64,000 nucleotides of DNA from an uncultured delta proteobacterium (GCA_963704165.1 CAVPHD010000012.1:150532-214531), one strand, 5' to 3'; counted from the first letter of the stretch, positions 37,674-46,746 are shown. The notes: generated by a model from the sequence alone, not told the origin. Translations and numbers: made by a program.

Positions 37674-38858
37674 CTAGTTCCCCATGCAGTGCGCGGCGGT
37701 TTCCGCGAAGACGCGCTTCATGCTGTGGTTCTCGGTCTCGAAGACGTCCGCGATCGTCTGCACCGCGAGCCGGTCCTCGGCGGATTCCGGCACACGCAGG
37801 CAGACGCGCCGGAAGACCTTCTCGACCTGGCACTCCGAGAACGCGCGGGTCGAGGCCACTTCCACGCCGAGGCTCTTGGGTCCGTTGCCCGAAGCGGACG
37901 GACCCTCCCAACCCAGCGACGAGTTCGGCCCGACACGCCAGGGGTTCAGCCAGCGGTCGTCGACGGTGACGTAGCCGCCGGGGAACGTGTTCGCGTTGAT
38001 CAGATGCTTGGGCGCAACGCTTCCGCGCGTGAAGACGACGCGCCCGAGCGCCTCGTCCCACTCGAAGAAGGCGAACGCGCCGGCGAGCGGGTCCATGCCC
38101 GCGTGACAGCCGACGCAGGTGTTGTGGAAGATCCGGCTGTCGCCGCCCGGACTGCGGCTGATGTCCTGTCGGATTCGATCCGCCGGGCGCGTGATGTCGT
38201 TCAGCTGTTCGAGGTCGCGGCACAGGAAGTTCATCGCGGTGAAGCGCAACATCCGGCGGTTCGTGCCCGCGGAGAAGAACGCTTCTCCGGCGGCGCGCGT
38301 CGTCAGCACACCCGCCGTGTCTCCCGTCGCGATCGAAGCGCCGGGCAACGTGGACTGCGGCCGCTGCACGAGCACCGCCGGATTCGAGAGATCCGCGCGC
38401 GCCTGCTCGAGCTGTTGGTAGTGCAGATTGTCGGTCTGGGAGTAAGCCGCTCCGACCACCCCCGGCGCGCCGACATAGACCATGTCGGCCCAGAGAACCT
38501 GGTCGAACGGCACGTCGTCCCGGATCATGCCGATCACCGTCGCCGAGTAATCGTTCAAATCGGCGAAGACGGTCTGTGAGACGTTGGTCCAGGGCGTGAC
38601 GAAGTTCTTCAGCGCCGAGACGTAGAAGATCGGGTTGTCCATCGCGGTGTAGGCCGCGGTGAGCGGATCGCCGCCGTCGATCGACACCTGCATCGACGTC
38701 AGCACGGCCTCGGACGGCGGCACGCCGACGAGGCGATCGTGCATGCGTTTCGCCTGCTCGCGCGAGCCCGCGTTCGCGTCCCCGGGCCAGGCTCCCAGCA
38801 GCACGAGCCACAGAGCCGCCAGGAGTGGCGTTCCGATCGGAGTCCGAAGCCAGCTCAT
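37674..38858 (-). CDS. Exported c-type heme protein (DUF1585/DUF1588-like)
   Basis: Signal peptide (DANA); GVLTTRA, GTNRR, CVGCHAGMD, FSECQVEKVF..C. Confidence 0.78.
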   Translation of the reverse strand: MSWLRTPIGTPLLAALWLVLLGAWPGDANAGSREQAKRMHDRLVGVPPSEAVLTSMQVSIDGGDPLTAAYTAMDNPIFYVSALKNFVTPWTNVSQTVFADLNDYSATVIGMIRDDVPFDQVLWADMVYVGAPGVVGAAYSQTDNLHYQQLEQARADLSNPAVLVQRPQSTLPGASIATGDTAGVLTTRAAGEAFFSAGTNRRMLRFTAMNFLCRDLEQLNDITRPADRIRQDISRSPGGDSRIFHNTCVGCHAGMDPLAGAFAFFEWDEALGRVVFTRGSVAPKHLINANTFPGGYVTVDDRWLNPWRVGPNSSLGWEGPSASGNGPKSLGVEVASTRAFSECQVEKVFRRVCLRVPESAEDRLAVQTIADVFETENHSMKRVFAETAAHCMGN

Positions 38859-39012
38859 CCGCGCTCCTCGACGCCCCTCGCCGATATCACCTCTTCGGTG
38901 AGATCCCCTGTCGCACAGCGTGAGCCGGCGCACGGTCGCGAACTCGTCTGCGCGTTCGCAGGTGAAGGCCGGCCGATGTGCACGAGTTGCGCATTCGCGA
39001 TGTCCCAGTCGG

Positions 39013-39028
39013 TGTGCGTTGAGTCACA
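39013..39028. promoter_or_regulatory. CRP/FNR-family-like operator in the divergent promoter region
   Basis: TGTGC-GTTGAG-TCACA, 9/10 match to TGTGA-N6-TCACA. Confidence 0.4.
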
Positions 39029-39090
39029 TCGCGCCGCGCGCGCCGGTCGATGAGGTGCGGGGACTCGAGGGGACGAAGGAAGTGCGGAGC

Positions 39091-39600
39091 ATGGTGACGT
39101 TCGGATTCGTCGTCGCTGCGATCGGAGCTGCTTGCGTGTCGCTCGCTTCGGGACCGGCGCGCGCCGCGGACGAGGGCGAGCTCGCGCCCGTGTTCTCGGC
39201 GAAGTCCCTCGACGGCGAAAGCACGATCTCGCTCGGCGCCTACCGGGGCAAGGTCGTGTATCTCGACTTCTGGGCGTCGTGGTGCGCTCCGTGTCGGACG
39301 GCGCTGCCCGCGATCGAGAAGCTGCGCACGGAGTTCCCGGCGCAGGACTTCCAGGTCATCGCGGTGAACGTCGACACCGACGTCGAGAAAGCGCTGCGGC
39401 TGATGGCGGAGCACAAGATCGGCTACCCGAGCGCGGCGGATCCCGACGGCGTGCTGCCCGAGACCTTCGGCCTCAAGACCATGCCGACCTCCTACCTGAT
39501 CGACCGCGCGGGCGTGGTGCGGCTGGTGCACCCGGGCTTCCGATCGAGCGACGTCGAGAAACTGCGCGCCCAGATCAAGACGCTCGTGGAGGCGAAGTGA
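39091..39600 (+). CDS. TlpA-family thiol-disulfide oxidoreductase
   Basis: Signal peptide; GKVVYLDFWASWCAPC; MPTSYLIDR. Confidence 0.95.
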   Translation: MVTFGFVVAAIGAACVSLASGPARAADEGELAPVFSAKSLDGESTISLGAYRGKVVYLDFWASWCAPCRTALPAIEKLRTEFPAQDFQVIAVNVDTDVEKALRLMAEHKIGYPSAADPDGVLPETFGLKTMPTSYLIDRAGVVRLVHPGFRSSDVEKLRAQIKTLVEAK

Positions 39601-39905
39601 TGAAACGGATCGCGGTCTGTCTGGCGGCGCTCGCGATGTCGGGCTGCGGGACCTTCCTGTGGCCGAGCGACGATCTGCCGGACTTCGAGGCGTACAGCGA
39701 GCATCCGCGGAGCTATCTCGAGATCTGTCTCGAACACGACTTCCTGGTGCGCGTGAAGCCGTGGGAGCGCGCCGTGCTCTCGCGCGACGACATGGCCTGG
39801 GTGCCGGATCCGCTCGAGGGATCGCGAAGGCGGCACACGTTCTTCAGCAAAGAGGCGTCGTTGCCCGGCGGTGGCGCGGCCGGTGGAGGCTGCGGGTGCA
39901 ACTGA
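39600..39905 (+). CDS. DUF4266-family lipoprotein
   Basis: Lipobox MSGC; VKPWER, FSKEA, C-terminal GGGCGCN. Confidence 0.9.
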   Translation: MKRIAVCLAALAMSGCGTFLWPSDDLPDFEAYSEHPRSYLEICLEHDFLVRVKPWERAVLSRDDMAWVPDPLEGSRRRHTFFSKEASLPGGGAAGGGCGCN

Positions 39906-41134
39906 AACGGGCGACGAAGACGGGAAGGGAGTCCGCGACCTTGCGCGCGCTCCAGGCGAGCGCGCTCGCGCTCTCGGGCATGGCGCGCGTCGCCGCGGGT
40001 GACGCGCCGATCGACCAGGTCTACAGCTCGTACAGCTTCTCGAGCTACGACGAGGACGAGCTCGAGGCGTCGAAGGGCTTGCCGCTCGCGGATGGCGAGC
40101 GCTACTCCGTCTCGACCCATCAGGCGATGCTCGCCGCGCCACTCACCGAACGCATCGACTTCTCGCTCGAAGTCACGCACGAGACGATGAGCGGCGCGAG
40201 CCCCTGGTACACGGTTCCCGACGCGGGTGGAGCGCCGATCCAGGTCATGAGCGGCGCGACGATCGAGGATTCGCGCGACGACTTCCTCCTGCAGGCGAAC
40301 TACTTCTACGAGAACGCGCGGATCGGGCTCTCGAGCGGCTACTCGGGCGAGAACGACTACACCGCGATCAACTTCGGTTTCAACGGCGAGACGCACTTCA
40401 ACGAGAAGAACACCACGCTCTCCGGCGGATTCGGCGTGTCTCTCGACGAGATCGATCCGACCGACGCCGACCTGTACGCGACGCGGCCGAGTCACGAGTC
40501 GAAGCAGACCTATTCGCTGAACGTCGGGCTCTCGCAGATCCTGAACCGCCGCTCGATCGTCCAGTCGAATGTCTCCTACGCGTTCGGCACCGGCTACCTC
40601 TCGGATCCGTACAAGCAGGTCTTCGCCGTCGGCGGCGTGTTCTTCTCGGACGAGCGCCCCGACGCGCGCCACGGGCTCTCGTGGCTGACGCGGTATCGCC
40701 GGCACATCGAGGAATTCGAGGCGACGGTGCACCTTGGGTACCAGTACTACTTCGACACCTGGGGAGTCAGCTCGCACACGATCGAGGCCAGCTGGTACCA
40801 GTCGTTCGGCGACAACCTGCAGATCACGCCGACCGTCCGCTACTACACGCAAGAAGAAGCGGACATGTACGTGAACTACCTTCCGCTCGGCGCGACGGGC
40901 GGCGGCGAGTACTCGAGCGACTACCGGCTCTCGAGCTACGGCGCGCTCGGTCTCGGCCTCTCGGGCGAGTACACGCTGCGCACGCGCTGGGTCGCCGACA
41001 TCGAGTGGAAGCTCAAGCTCTCGTACGAGCGCTATCTCTCGAGCGCCGACCTCGCCTTCAACGGCCCGTCGGTGGAAGCTCCCGGGCTCGTGAGCTTCGA
41101 CGTTTTCTCGATCGGGATCCGCGCGGCGTTCTGA
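39896..41134 (+). CDS. DUF3570-family outer-membrane beta-barrel with two flavinylation motifs
   Basis: ETMSGAS and QVMSGAT motifs; ENDY, GYLSDPYK, ERPDAR, DTWG..SHT, SSDYRLS; terminal Phe. Confidence 0.88.
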   Translation: MQLKRATKTGRESATLRALQASALALSGMARVAAGDAPIDQVYSSYSFSSYDEDELEASKGLPLADGERYSVSTHQAMLAAPLTERIDFSLEVTHETMSGASPWYTVPDAGGAPIQVMSGATIEDSRDDFLLQANYFYENARIGLSSGYSGENDYTAINFGFNGETHFNEKNTTLSGGFGVSLDEIDPTDADLYATRPSHESKQTYSLNVGLSQILNRRSIVQSNVSYAFGTGYLSDPYKQVFAVGGVFFSDERPDARHGLSWLTRYRRHIEEFEATVHLGYQYYFDTWGVSSHTIEASWYQSFGDNLQITPTVRYYTQEEADMYVNYLPLGATGGGEYSSDYRLSSYGALGLGLSGEYTLRTRWVADIEWKLKLSYERYLSSADLAFNGPSVEAPGLVSFDVFSIGIRAAF

Positions 41135-41139
41135 CCGAC

Positions 41140-42057
41140 ATGCTGCGCGCGCGTCACCCGTTCCGTGCGATGGGCTCGCCGTGCGAGCTGCACCAGTACG
41201 GCGCTTCCCAGCGCACGTGCGATGCGCTCGCCGAGCGCGCGATCGGCGAGGTGCGCCGCCTCGAAGCGAAGTACTCGCGCTACCGCGACGACAGTGTGAC
41301 CTCCGCGATCAATCGCGCCGCCGGTAATCCCGCCGGAGTCGACGTCGACGACGAGACCGCGGCGCTTCTCGACTACGCCGCAACCGCGTTCCGCTCGAGC
41401 GACGGGCTCTTCGATCCCACGTCGGGCGTGCTCCGCCGCGTCTGGAACTTCAAATCCGCCCGCGTGCCCACGCGCGCCGAGATCGACGCCGTCCTGCCGC
41501 TCGTCGGCTGGCAGCGCCTGTCGTGGCAGCGCCCGCGCCTGGTCCTGCCGCGCGCCGGCATGGAGCTCGACTTCGGCGGCTTCGTGAAGGAGTACGCCGC
41601 CGACCGCGTCGCCGCGCTCTGCCGCGAGCACGGCCTGCGACACGGAATGGTGGACCTCGGCGGCGACCTCGCCGTGATCGGCCCGCACCCCGACGGCTCC
41701 CCCTGGATCGTCGGCATCCGCGACCCGCGCGCACCGAAGCACGCGATGGCGAGCGTCCGCCTTCCCGCCGGCGCCATCGCGACGAGCGGCGACTACGAAC
41801 GCTGCATGGTCGTCGACGGCGTCCGCTACACGCACGTCCTCGACCCGCGCACCGGCACGCCCGTCACCGGCCTGCGCAGCGTCAGCGTCGTCGCCGACGA
41901 ATGCCTGATCGCCGGCACCGCCACCACCGTCGCCATGCTCAAGGGCACCGACGGCGGCCCCCTCTGGCTCGACGACCTCGGCCTGCCCAACCTGCGCATG
42001 GACGACGCGGGCGAATTGAGCGGGACACTCGCGAACGCGGAGCGCGACGCAGCGTAG
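41140..42057 (+). CDS. apbE: FAD:protein FMN transferase (ApbE family)
   Basis: FRAMGS, SRYR.DS, FDPT, LDFGGFVKEYAAD, IATSGDYER, HVLDPRTG. Confidence 0.95.
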   Translation: MLRARHPFRAMGSPCELHQYGASQRTCDALAERAIGEVRRLEAKYSRYRDDSVTSAINRAAGNPAGVDVDDETAALLDYAATAFRSSDGLFDPTSGVLRRVWNFKSARVPTRAEIDAVLPLVGWQRLSWQRPRLVLPRAGMELDFGGFVKEYAADRVAALCREHGLRHGMVDLGGDLAVIGPHPDGSPWIVGIRDPRAPKHAMASVRLPAGAIATSGDYERCMVVDGVRYTHVLDPRTGTPVTGLRSVSVVADECLIAGTATTVAMLKGTDGGPLWLDDLGLPNLRMDDAGELSGTLANAERDAA

Positions 42058-42125
42058 GAGTCAGCTCGGACGGCCCGGATCCGCCGGATTGCCGTGCCAG
42101 TGACACGGACGGGTCACTGCGCTCG

Positions 42126-42266
42126 GGTAACTCCTACCGAGGCGCCGCGTCACCGCGCGAAGAGGCGAACAAGGACGAAGACTTCGGTTGACGCCACCTG
42201 TGCCGCGCGAAATGATACCGAGGCACCGAACGGGGTGTCCGGTGCAGCACGGCAAGTTCTGTGCGG
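42126..42266 (+). promoter_or_regulatory. Integron platform copy 1: GGTA-N5-TACC motif, Pc-like promoter and degenerate attI
   Basis: TTGACG(42188)-17 nt-AATGAT; collinear with 46812-46952 at a constant offset of 4686. Confidence 0.65.
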
Positions 42267-42295
42267 ATGGATCGCGCCGCTTCGGAGGATCCAGG

Positions 42296-42988
42296 ATGCG
42301 AATTGGAACTCGTCTTGCCTGTATGCTTGTGGTCAGCGCTGCAGCGATTCCCCTCGCTTCGGCGGCGGCGCCGATCTCAGTTGCCGGGTTCTTCTTTGCG
42401 AACGGTGAAGACGACTTCGCGCAGAACGCCGTTGTCGTCTCCGGTACGGTCACCGGCTCCTCCGCTGCGCAGGTGCGGGCTGTTCTTGTCGGTAGCAACA
42501 TCTCCGACAGCATCCGAGTGATCACGCCAGATATCGCGGTGATTGAAATCACTTTCGGCTCCCGGCAGATTCTCAACTTGGTTGGTCCCGATGCCGTGAT
42601 CTTTGAGCTCTCCGGAGATCAGGCGGTAGGAACGCCGAACTACAACGAACGGTTCGAGGTCAGCGTATTCAACGGCACCAACTTCACCCCATTCCAAGTG
42701 GTGATCCCCCTGGCAACGGGTTTTGACGACCCTGCTGACGCAACGCTCGACGTATTCGCCGTACAGCTCGATCTGTCCGACTACGGGATCGCTGCCGGAG
42801 CTTCCACTGATCGTATCCGCATTCGCTTGGTAGACAATCTCGTCACGAGGTCCGCGGATCCAACAGCAGTCGGGTTGCTCCATTCGGTTCCGGAACCTCC
42901 CACGATTAGCTACGTGGGGGCTGTTCTCTTGATCGGATTCGCAGTGCGCGCGAGTTTCCGGACTCGGAGCCCGCATAACACCCGTTAG
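42296..42988 (+). CDS. Cassette-borne PEP-CTERM surface protein
   Basis: Signal peptide (LASAA); C-terminal VPEP, TM helix and basic tail. Confidence 0.8.
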   Translation: MRIGTRLACMLVVSAAAIPLASAAAPISVAGFFFANGEDDFAQNAVVVSGTVTGSSAAQVRAVLVGSNISDSIRVITPDIAVIEITFGSRQILNLVGPDAVIFELSGDQAVGTPNYNERFEVSVFNGTNFTPFQVVIPLATGFDDPADATLDVFAVQLDLSDYGIAAGASTDRIRIRLVDNLVTRSADPTAVGLLHSVPEPPTISYVGAVLLIGFAVRASFRTRSPHNTR

Positions 42989-42990
42989 CC
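42973..42990 (+). repeat. Collapsed attC (R'' and R' only)
   Basis: GCATAAC-ACCC-GTTAGCC; its R' pairs with the next cassette's R'' (GGCGAAC). Confidence 0.65.
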
Positions 42991-43004
42991 CGACGCGACG
43001 ATGG

Positions 43005-43033
43005 TTGCTTGAATGCGTCGAACGCGTGAGAAT
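43005..43033 (+). promoter_or_regulatory. Cassette-internal sigma70 promoter of a leaderless TA operon
   Basis: TTGCTT-17 nt-GAGAAT, ATG 6 nt downstream. Confidence 0.55.
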
Positions 43034-43039
43034 TCGTCT

Positions 43040-43261
43040 ATGCCGCGCTTCTCCCCAGCCGAGATCGAGCAGCTGAGCGTCGCCGAGCGAGTTCAGCTGG
43101 CCGAGGATATCTGGGACAGCATTGCCGCTGCGCCGGAGATGTTGCCGGTAACGGAAGTCCAACGCGCCGAGCTCGACCGGCGGCTTGCTCTGCTCGGTCA
43201 GGATCCTTCGCGAACCGTCCCGTGGGACGAGGTTCGCTCGAAGCTTTCGCAGGCTCGTTGA
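43040..43261 (+). CDS. Addiction-module antitoxin (TIGR02574-like)
   Basis: LSVAERVQLAEDIWDSI...QRAELDRRL...VPWDEVR. Confidence 0.9.
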   Translation: MPRFSPAEIEQLSVAERVQLAEDIWDSIAAAPEMLPVTEVQRAELDRRLALLGQDPSRTVPWDEVRSKLSQAR

Positions 43262-43551
43262 GCATTCCAGTCGTCTTTACGGCGGCGGCGGAAGCCGATG
43301 TCGAAGAGGCGCATCTCTGGTACCGCGAGCGCGGCCTGGGCCTTGGCGACGATTTTGTGCGAGCGGTCGACGCATCCGTGGCCGGGATCGCGCGGCACCC
43401 GGATGGCCACTCCGTGGTTCACCGCGATGTGCGGCGCGCGCTGTTGCGACGCTTCCCGTACGGACTCTTCTACATCGTTCAGCCCGACCGAGTTGTCGTC
43501 GTGGGCTGCTTTCACGCGGCTCGAGACCCGCGGATCTGGCGATCGCGCTGA
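43258..43551 (+). CDS. RelE/ParE-family toxin
   Basis: AEADVEEAHLWY..GLGDDF, RRALLRRFPYGLFY, FHAARDP; TTGA overlap. Confidence 0.9.
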   Translation: MSIPVVFTAAAEADVEEAHLWYRERGLGLGDDFVRAVDASVAGIARHPDGHSVVHRDVRRALLRRFPYGLFYIVQPDRVVVVGCFHAARDPRIWRSR

Positions 43552-43554
43552 GCG

Positions 43555-43686
43555 GGCGAACGAGAACTTGCAGCTGCCGAGCGCCCGCTTTGGTCTGTCC
43601 AGCACCGGGAACGTCTGGGATCATCGTCGCATCGTTAATCAACAACACGGCGCGGGCTCTCGCAGCTGAAGCCCAAGTCGTTATAC
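43555..43686 (+). repeat. attC site, 132 bp (family A)
   Basis: GGCGAAC...GTTATAC; TTGCAGCTG/CAGCTGAA inner boxes; similar to 48173 and 49711. Confidence 0.9.
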
Positions 43687-43707
43687 GGACAGGAAGGGGA
43701 CGAGAGC

Positions 43708-44640
43708 TTGTCAACAGCGCGAAAGCGCGTCGCGCTGTTCTATGCGCTGACGTTCCTGCTTCTCGCAGCGGTTCCGATTCTTCACGGCCTCTTCGCTGGC
43801 GGGCCAATGAACTTCGCCGCGGCCGGAGCGCGAGCCTCCGTTGAAACGGGAGTGGCATGGACCTCGAACTTGCTGGTCATGGTGCGTCTGTGCCTGGCGG
43901 AGCCAGTGCTCTGGCTGATCGTGTTCGGATCCGCGGTTCCGAGCATCGCGGCGCTGCTGGTGGTCGCCCTGAACCGGTCGGCACTCGGTTCCTTGCTCGC
44001 ACGGCTCGGGCCGCGAGTGCCATGGCGGCCCGCCCTGATGGACTACGGCCTCATCTTCGTCCTCATGGTCGGAGGGCTCGTTGCCGTCTCCGTGCTGAGA
44101 TCGTTCCTTCCGGGCCCGGAGTACGTGCGCCCCGAGAGCTTCGTGGGCCCGGGTCTCGTCGTGGCCGTGCTTGCGGCGGCGCTTCTCGATCAGGGCGCCG
44201 TTCTTGAGGAACTAGGATGGCGCGGGTTCGCGCAACCGGAGTTGCAGGCGAGTCGCCTTAGCCCGTTGGTTGCGGCGATCGTCGTCGGAATCGGATGGGG
44301 CCTCTGGCACGTGCCCCGAGACCTGACCGGCGGGGTCGTCGAGCGGCTCGGTGTTCTGCAGTACCTGCTGCTGTATCTCCCGAGCTTTCTCGCTGGAACG
44401 GTCACGGTGTCCATCATTGCTGCCTACTTCGTGAACCGTGCATCCGGAAGCGTGCTCCCGGCCATCATCGTGCATGGGCTGAGCAATGATTCGGCTGGCA
44501 TCTCCGGGGCCGCAACCATGGAGCTTGCGCTGTCCCCGTATCACCAAGCGACGAAGGCGTTGCCGTTTGCGCTTCTCGCTGTCGGCATCGTTCTTGTTGC
44601 GGGGAAGTCACTCGGCCTTGCTCGACGTAGAGCCGTATAA
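43708..44640 (+). CDS. Cassette-borne CPBP/CAAX intramembrane protease (Abi family)
   Basis: EELGWRG, WGLWH, AIIVHGLSN; the TAA stop lies within R''. Confidence 0.9.
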   Translation: MSTARKRVALFYALTFLLLAAVPILHGLFAGGPMNFAAAGARASVETGVAWTSNLLVMVRLCLAEPVLWLIVFGSAVPSIAALLVVALNRSALGSLLARLGPRVPWRPALMDYGLIFVLMVGGLVAVSVLRSFLPGPEYVRPESFVGPGLVVAVLAAALLDQGAVLEELGWRGFAQPELQASRLSPLVAAIVVGIGWGLWHVPRDLTGGVVERLGVLQYLLLYLPSFLAGTVTVSIIAAYFVNRASGSVLPAIIVHGLSNDSAGISGAATMELALSPYHQATKALPFALLAVGIVLVAGKSLGLARRRAV

Positions 44641-44749
44641 CAAGCCGCTGAGGCTGACGGCCGCCGGCTTCAGTCGCGCGGGCGGTCTCGCTCGACACGA
44701 GTCGTGGTAGGCTTACGCGCGGCCGCAGCTTGGCGGCCATCCGTTCGCA
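44635..44749 (+). repeat. attC site, 115 bp
   Basis: CCGTATAAC is the exact complement of the cassette start GTTATACGG; ends GTTCGCA. Confidence 0.9.
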
Positions 44750-44780
44750 AGGCAGCGAAAGCCGCGAGGAGGCCCACTCA

Positions 44781-45638
44781 ATGCCCCACCCTGCCCTCAC
44801 TCCGAACCGCACGGCGGTGATCACCGGCGGCGCCAGCGGCATCGGCTTTGCTACGGCGGAACGTCTCGTGGCGATGGACCTGAACGTCTGCATCGCGGAC
44901 CATGACGGGGAAACGCTCGGCTCCGCGGCCGACGCACTTGCAAAGCAGGCCGCCAGGGGCGTGGAGTCGATCCTCGCGGTGCCGACCGATGTCGCGCGCC
45001 TTGAGTCGGTCGAGGCGCTCCGGGACGCTGTGCTGGATCGCTTCGGCGAGGTCGCAGTGCTGATGAACAACGCCGGGACGGGCGGAGGCGGTAGCCCCTG
45101 GCAGAACTACGAGGGCTGGCAGCGGGTCCTCGGCGTGAACCTCTGGGGCGTGATCCACGGCCTCCAGGTCTTCACGCAGAGGATGATCGGCCAAGGCACC
45201 CCCTGCGCGATCGTGAACACGGGCTCCAAGCAGGGCATCACCAACCCACCCGGAGATGCCGCGTACAACGTATCCAAGGCCGGGATCAAGAGCTTGACCG
45301 AGAGCCTCGCCCACCAACTCCGGAGTCTCGACGGCTGTCGAGTCACGGCGCACCTGCTGGTGCCCGGCTTCACTTACACGGGCATGGTGAGACGATTCCT
45401 GAAGGAGAAGCCGCCTGCCGCTTGGCTGCCCGAGCAGGTGGCGGAGTACCTGCTTGCAGCGATGGAGCACGGCGACTTCTACGTGCTGTGTCCAGACAAC
45501 GAAGCGACGTCCGAGATCGACTCCCGGCGCATCGAGTGGGCGGCAGGCGACATGACCGAGAACCGACCGGCGCTCTCGCGCTGGCATCCGGATTACCAAG
45601 CCGCCTTTGCGGCCTTCATGGCCAAAGCGCGCGACTGA
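44781..45638 (+). CDS. Cassette-borne SDR oxidoreductase
   Basis: TGGASGIG, NNAG, YNVSK; RBS GAGGAGG. Confidence 0.93.
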   Translation: MPHPALTPNRTAVITGGASGIGFATAERLVAMDLNVCIADHDGETLGSAADALAKQAARGVESILAVPTDVARLESVEALRDAVLDRFGEVAVLMNNAGTGGGGSPWQNYEGWQRVLGVNLWGVIHGLQVFTQRMIGQGTPCAIVNTGSKQGITNPPGDAAYNVSKAGIKSLTESLAHQLRSLDGCRVTAHLLVPGFTYTGMVRRFLKEKPPAAWLPEQVAEYLLAAMEHGDFYVLCPDNEATSEIDSRRIEWAAGDMTENRPALSRWHPDYQAAFAAFMAKARD

Positions 45639-45670
45639 ATCCCACCCGACTCTCGCACGTATCGTTCGCT

Positions 45671-45804
45671 GCCGAACAAGCCGCCGCAGCTGACGGGGCC
45701 ACAGCGCGCTCCAATCAACCTTGGGTAGAGTTCGGCATTGAACTCGTGTGCTTCGAGCGGCCGCTGGCGGCGGGCCCGGCAGCTGAGCGCTGTATCCGTT
45801 GGAC
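45671..45804 (+). repeat. attC site, 134 bp
   Basis: GCCGAAC...GCAGCTGA...CAGCTGAGCG...GTTGGAC. Confidence 0.88.
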
Positions 45805-45831
45805 TGCCCGCGGCGGTACCATTCACGTGCC

Positions 45832-46746
45832 ATGAAGTCATACGTTGGTGTCACAGACTTCGAATGGTTCGAACTTCTTCGTCGCCAGCCAGACCTCGAT
45901 GAGGTGAACTTCTGGCAGCCTGGTGGATCGCGGCAGTTCAAGACGCTTGTCTCTGGCGACCTCTTCTTGTTCAAGCTCCACAGTCCCCGGAACTTCGTCG
46001 TCGGCGGTGGTGTGTTTGCCCACTCCAGCTTGCTACCGATCAGCCTCGCTTGGGCGTCATTCGGGATTGCGAACGGCGTCCAATCGCTCGAAGAAATGCG
46101 AGCGCGAACTTTGCGATACAGGCGCTCGCCGCCAGCCGATCGTGAGGACTTCACCATCGGCTGCATCCTTCTGACGCAGCCCTTCTTTCTTCCAGAGGAT
46201 CGATGGATCGCGGTTCCGGCCGACTGGAGCCCGAACATCGTGCAGGGGAAGACCTATGACCTGACTGTGGAGCCCGGGGCAACGCTGTATCGCCAGCTTC
46301 GAGAAGCACTTCACGGATTGCAGATTCGAGAATCCGAAGAGAATCGATACGGAAGCCCGGTGGAGATTCGTCCGCGTCTGGGCCAAGGATCATTTCGCGT
46401 CGTCGTCACCGACGCGTACGAGAGGCGGTGCGCGATCACCGGCGAGAGAGTCTTGCCTGTACTTGAGGCTGCGCACGTTCGTCCATACGTGGCCGGTGGT
46501 GCTCACTCCGTCGACAACGGACTCCTGCTCCGAAGCGACATCCACACCCTTTTCGATCGCGGCTATCTCACCATCACCCCAGATCATCACATCGAAGTCA
46601 GCACTAGAATACGCGACGAGTTTCACAACGGTCGCGAGTACTACGCATTGCATGGGCGCGAGATCCGGGAACCAGGACGCACCGACCAAGTGCTTTCCGA
46701 ACAGAACATCCAGTGGCACAACGAGCAGATCTATCTGGGTGCCTAG
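45832..46746 (+). CDS. Cassette-borne HNH endonuclease with N-terminal PUA/EVE-like reader domain (putative restriction enzyme); no attC follows
   Basis: RLGQGSFR..V..AY..RCAITG..LEAAHVRP..NGLLLRSDIHTLFD; N-terminal VTD.EWF..NFWQP. Confidence 0.88.
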   Translation: MKSYVGVTDFEWFELLRRQPDLDEVNFWQPGGSRQFKTLVSGDLFLFKLHSPRNFVVGGGVFAHSSLLPISLAWASFGIANGVQSLEEMRARTLRYRRSPPADREDFTIGCILLTQPFFLPEDRWIAVPADWSPNIVQGKTYDLTVEPGATLYRQLREALHGLQIRESEENRYGSPVEIRPRLGQGSFRVVVTDAYERRCAITGERVLPVLEAAHVRPYVAGGAHSVDNGLLLRSDIHTLFDRGYLTITPDHHIEVSTRIRDEFHNGREYYALHGREIREPGRTDQVLSEQNIQWHNEQIYLGA

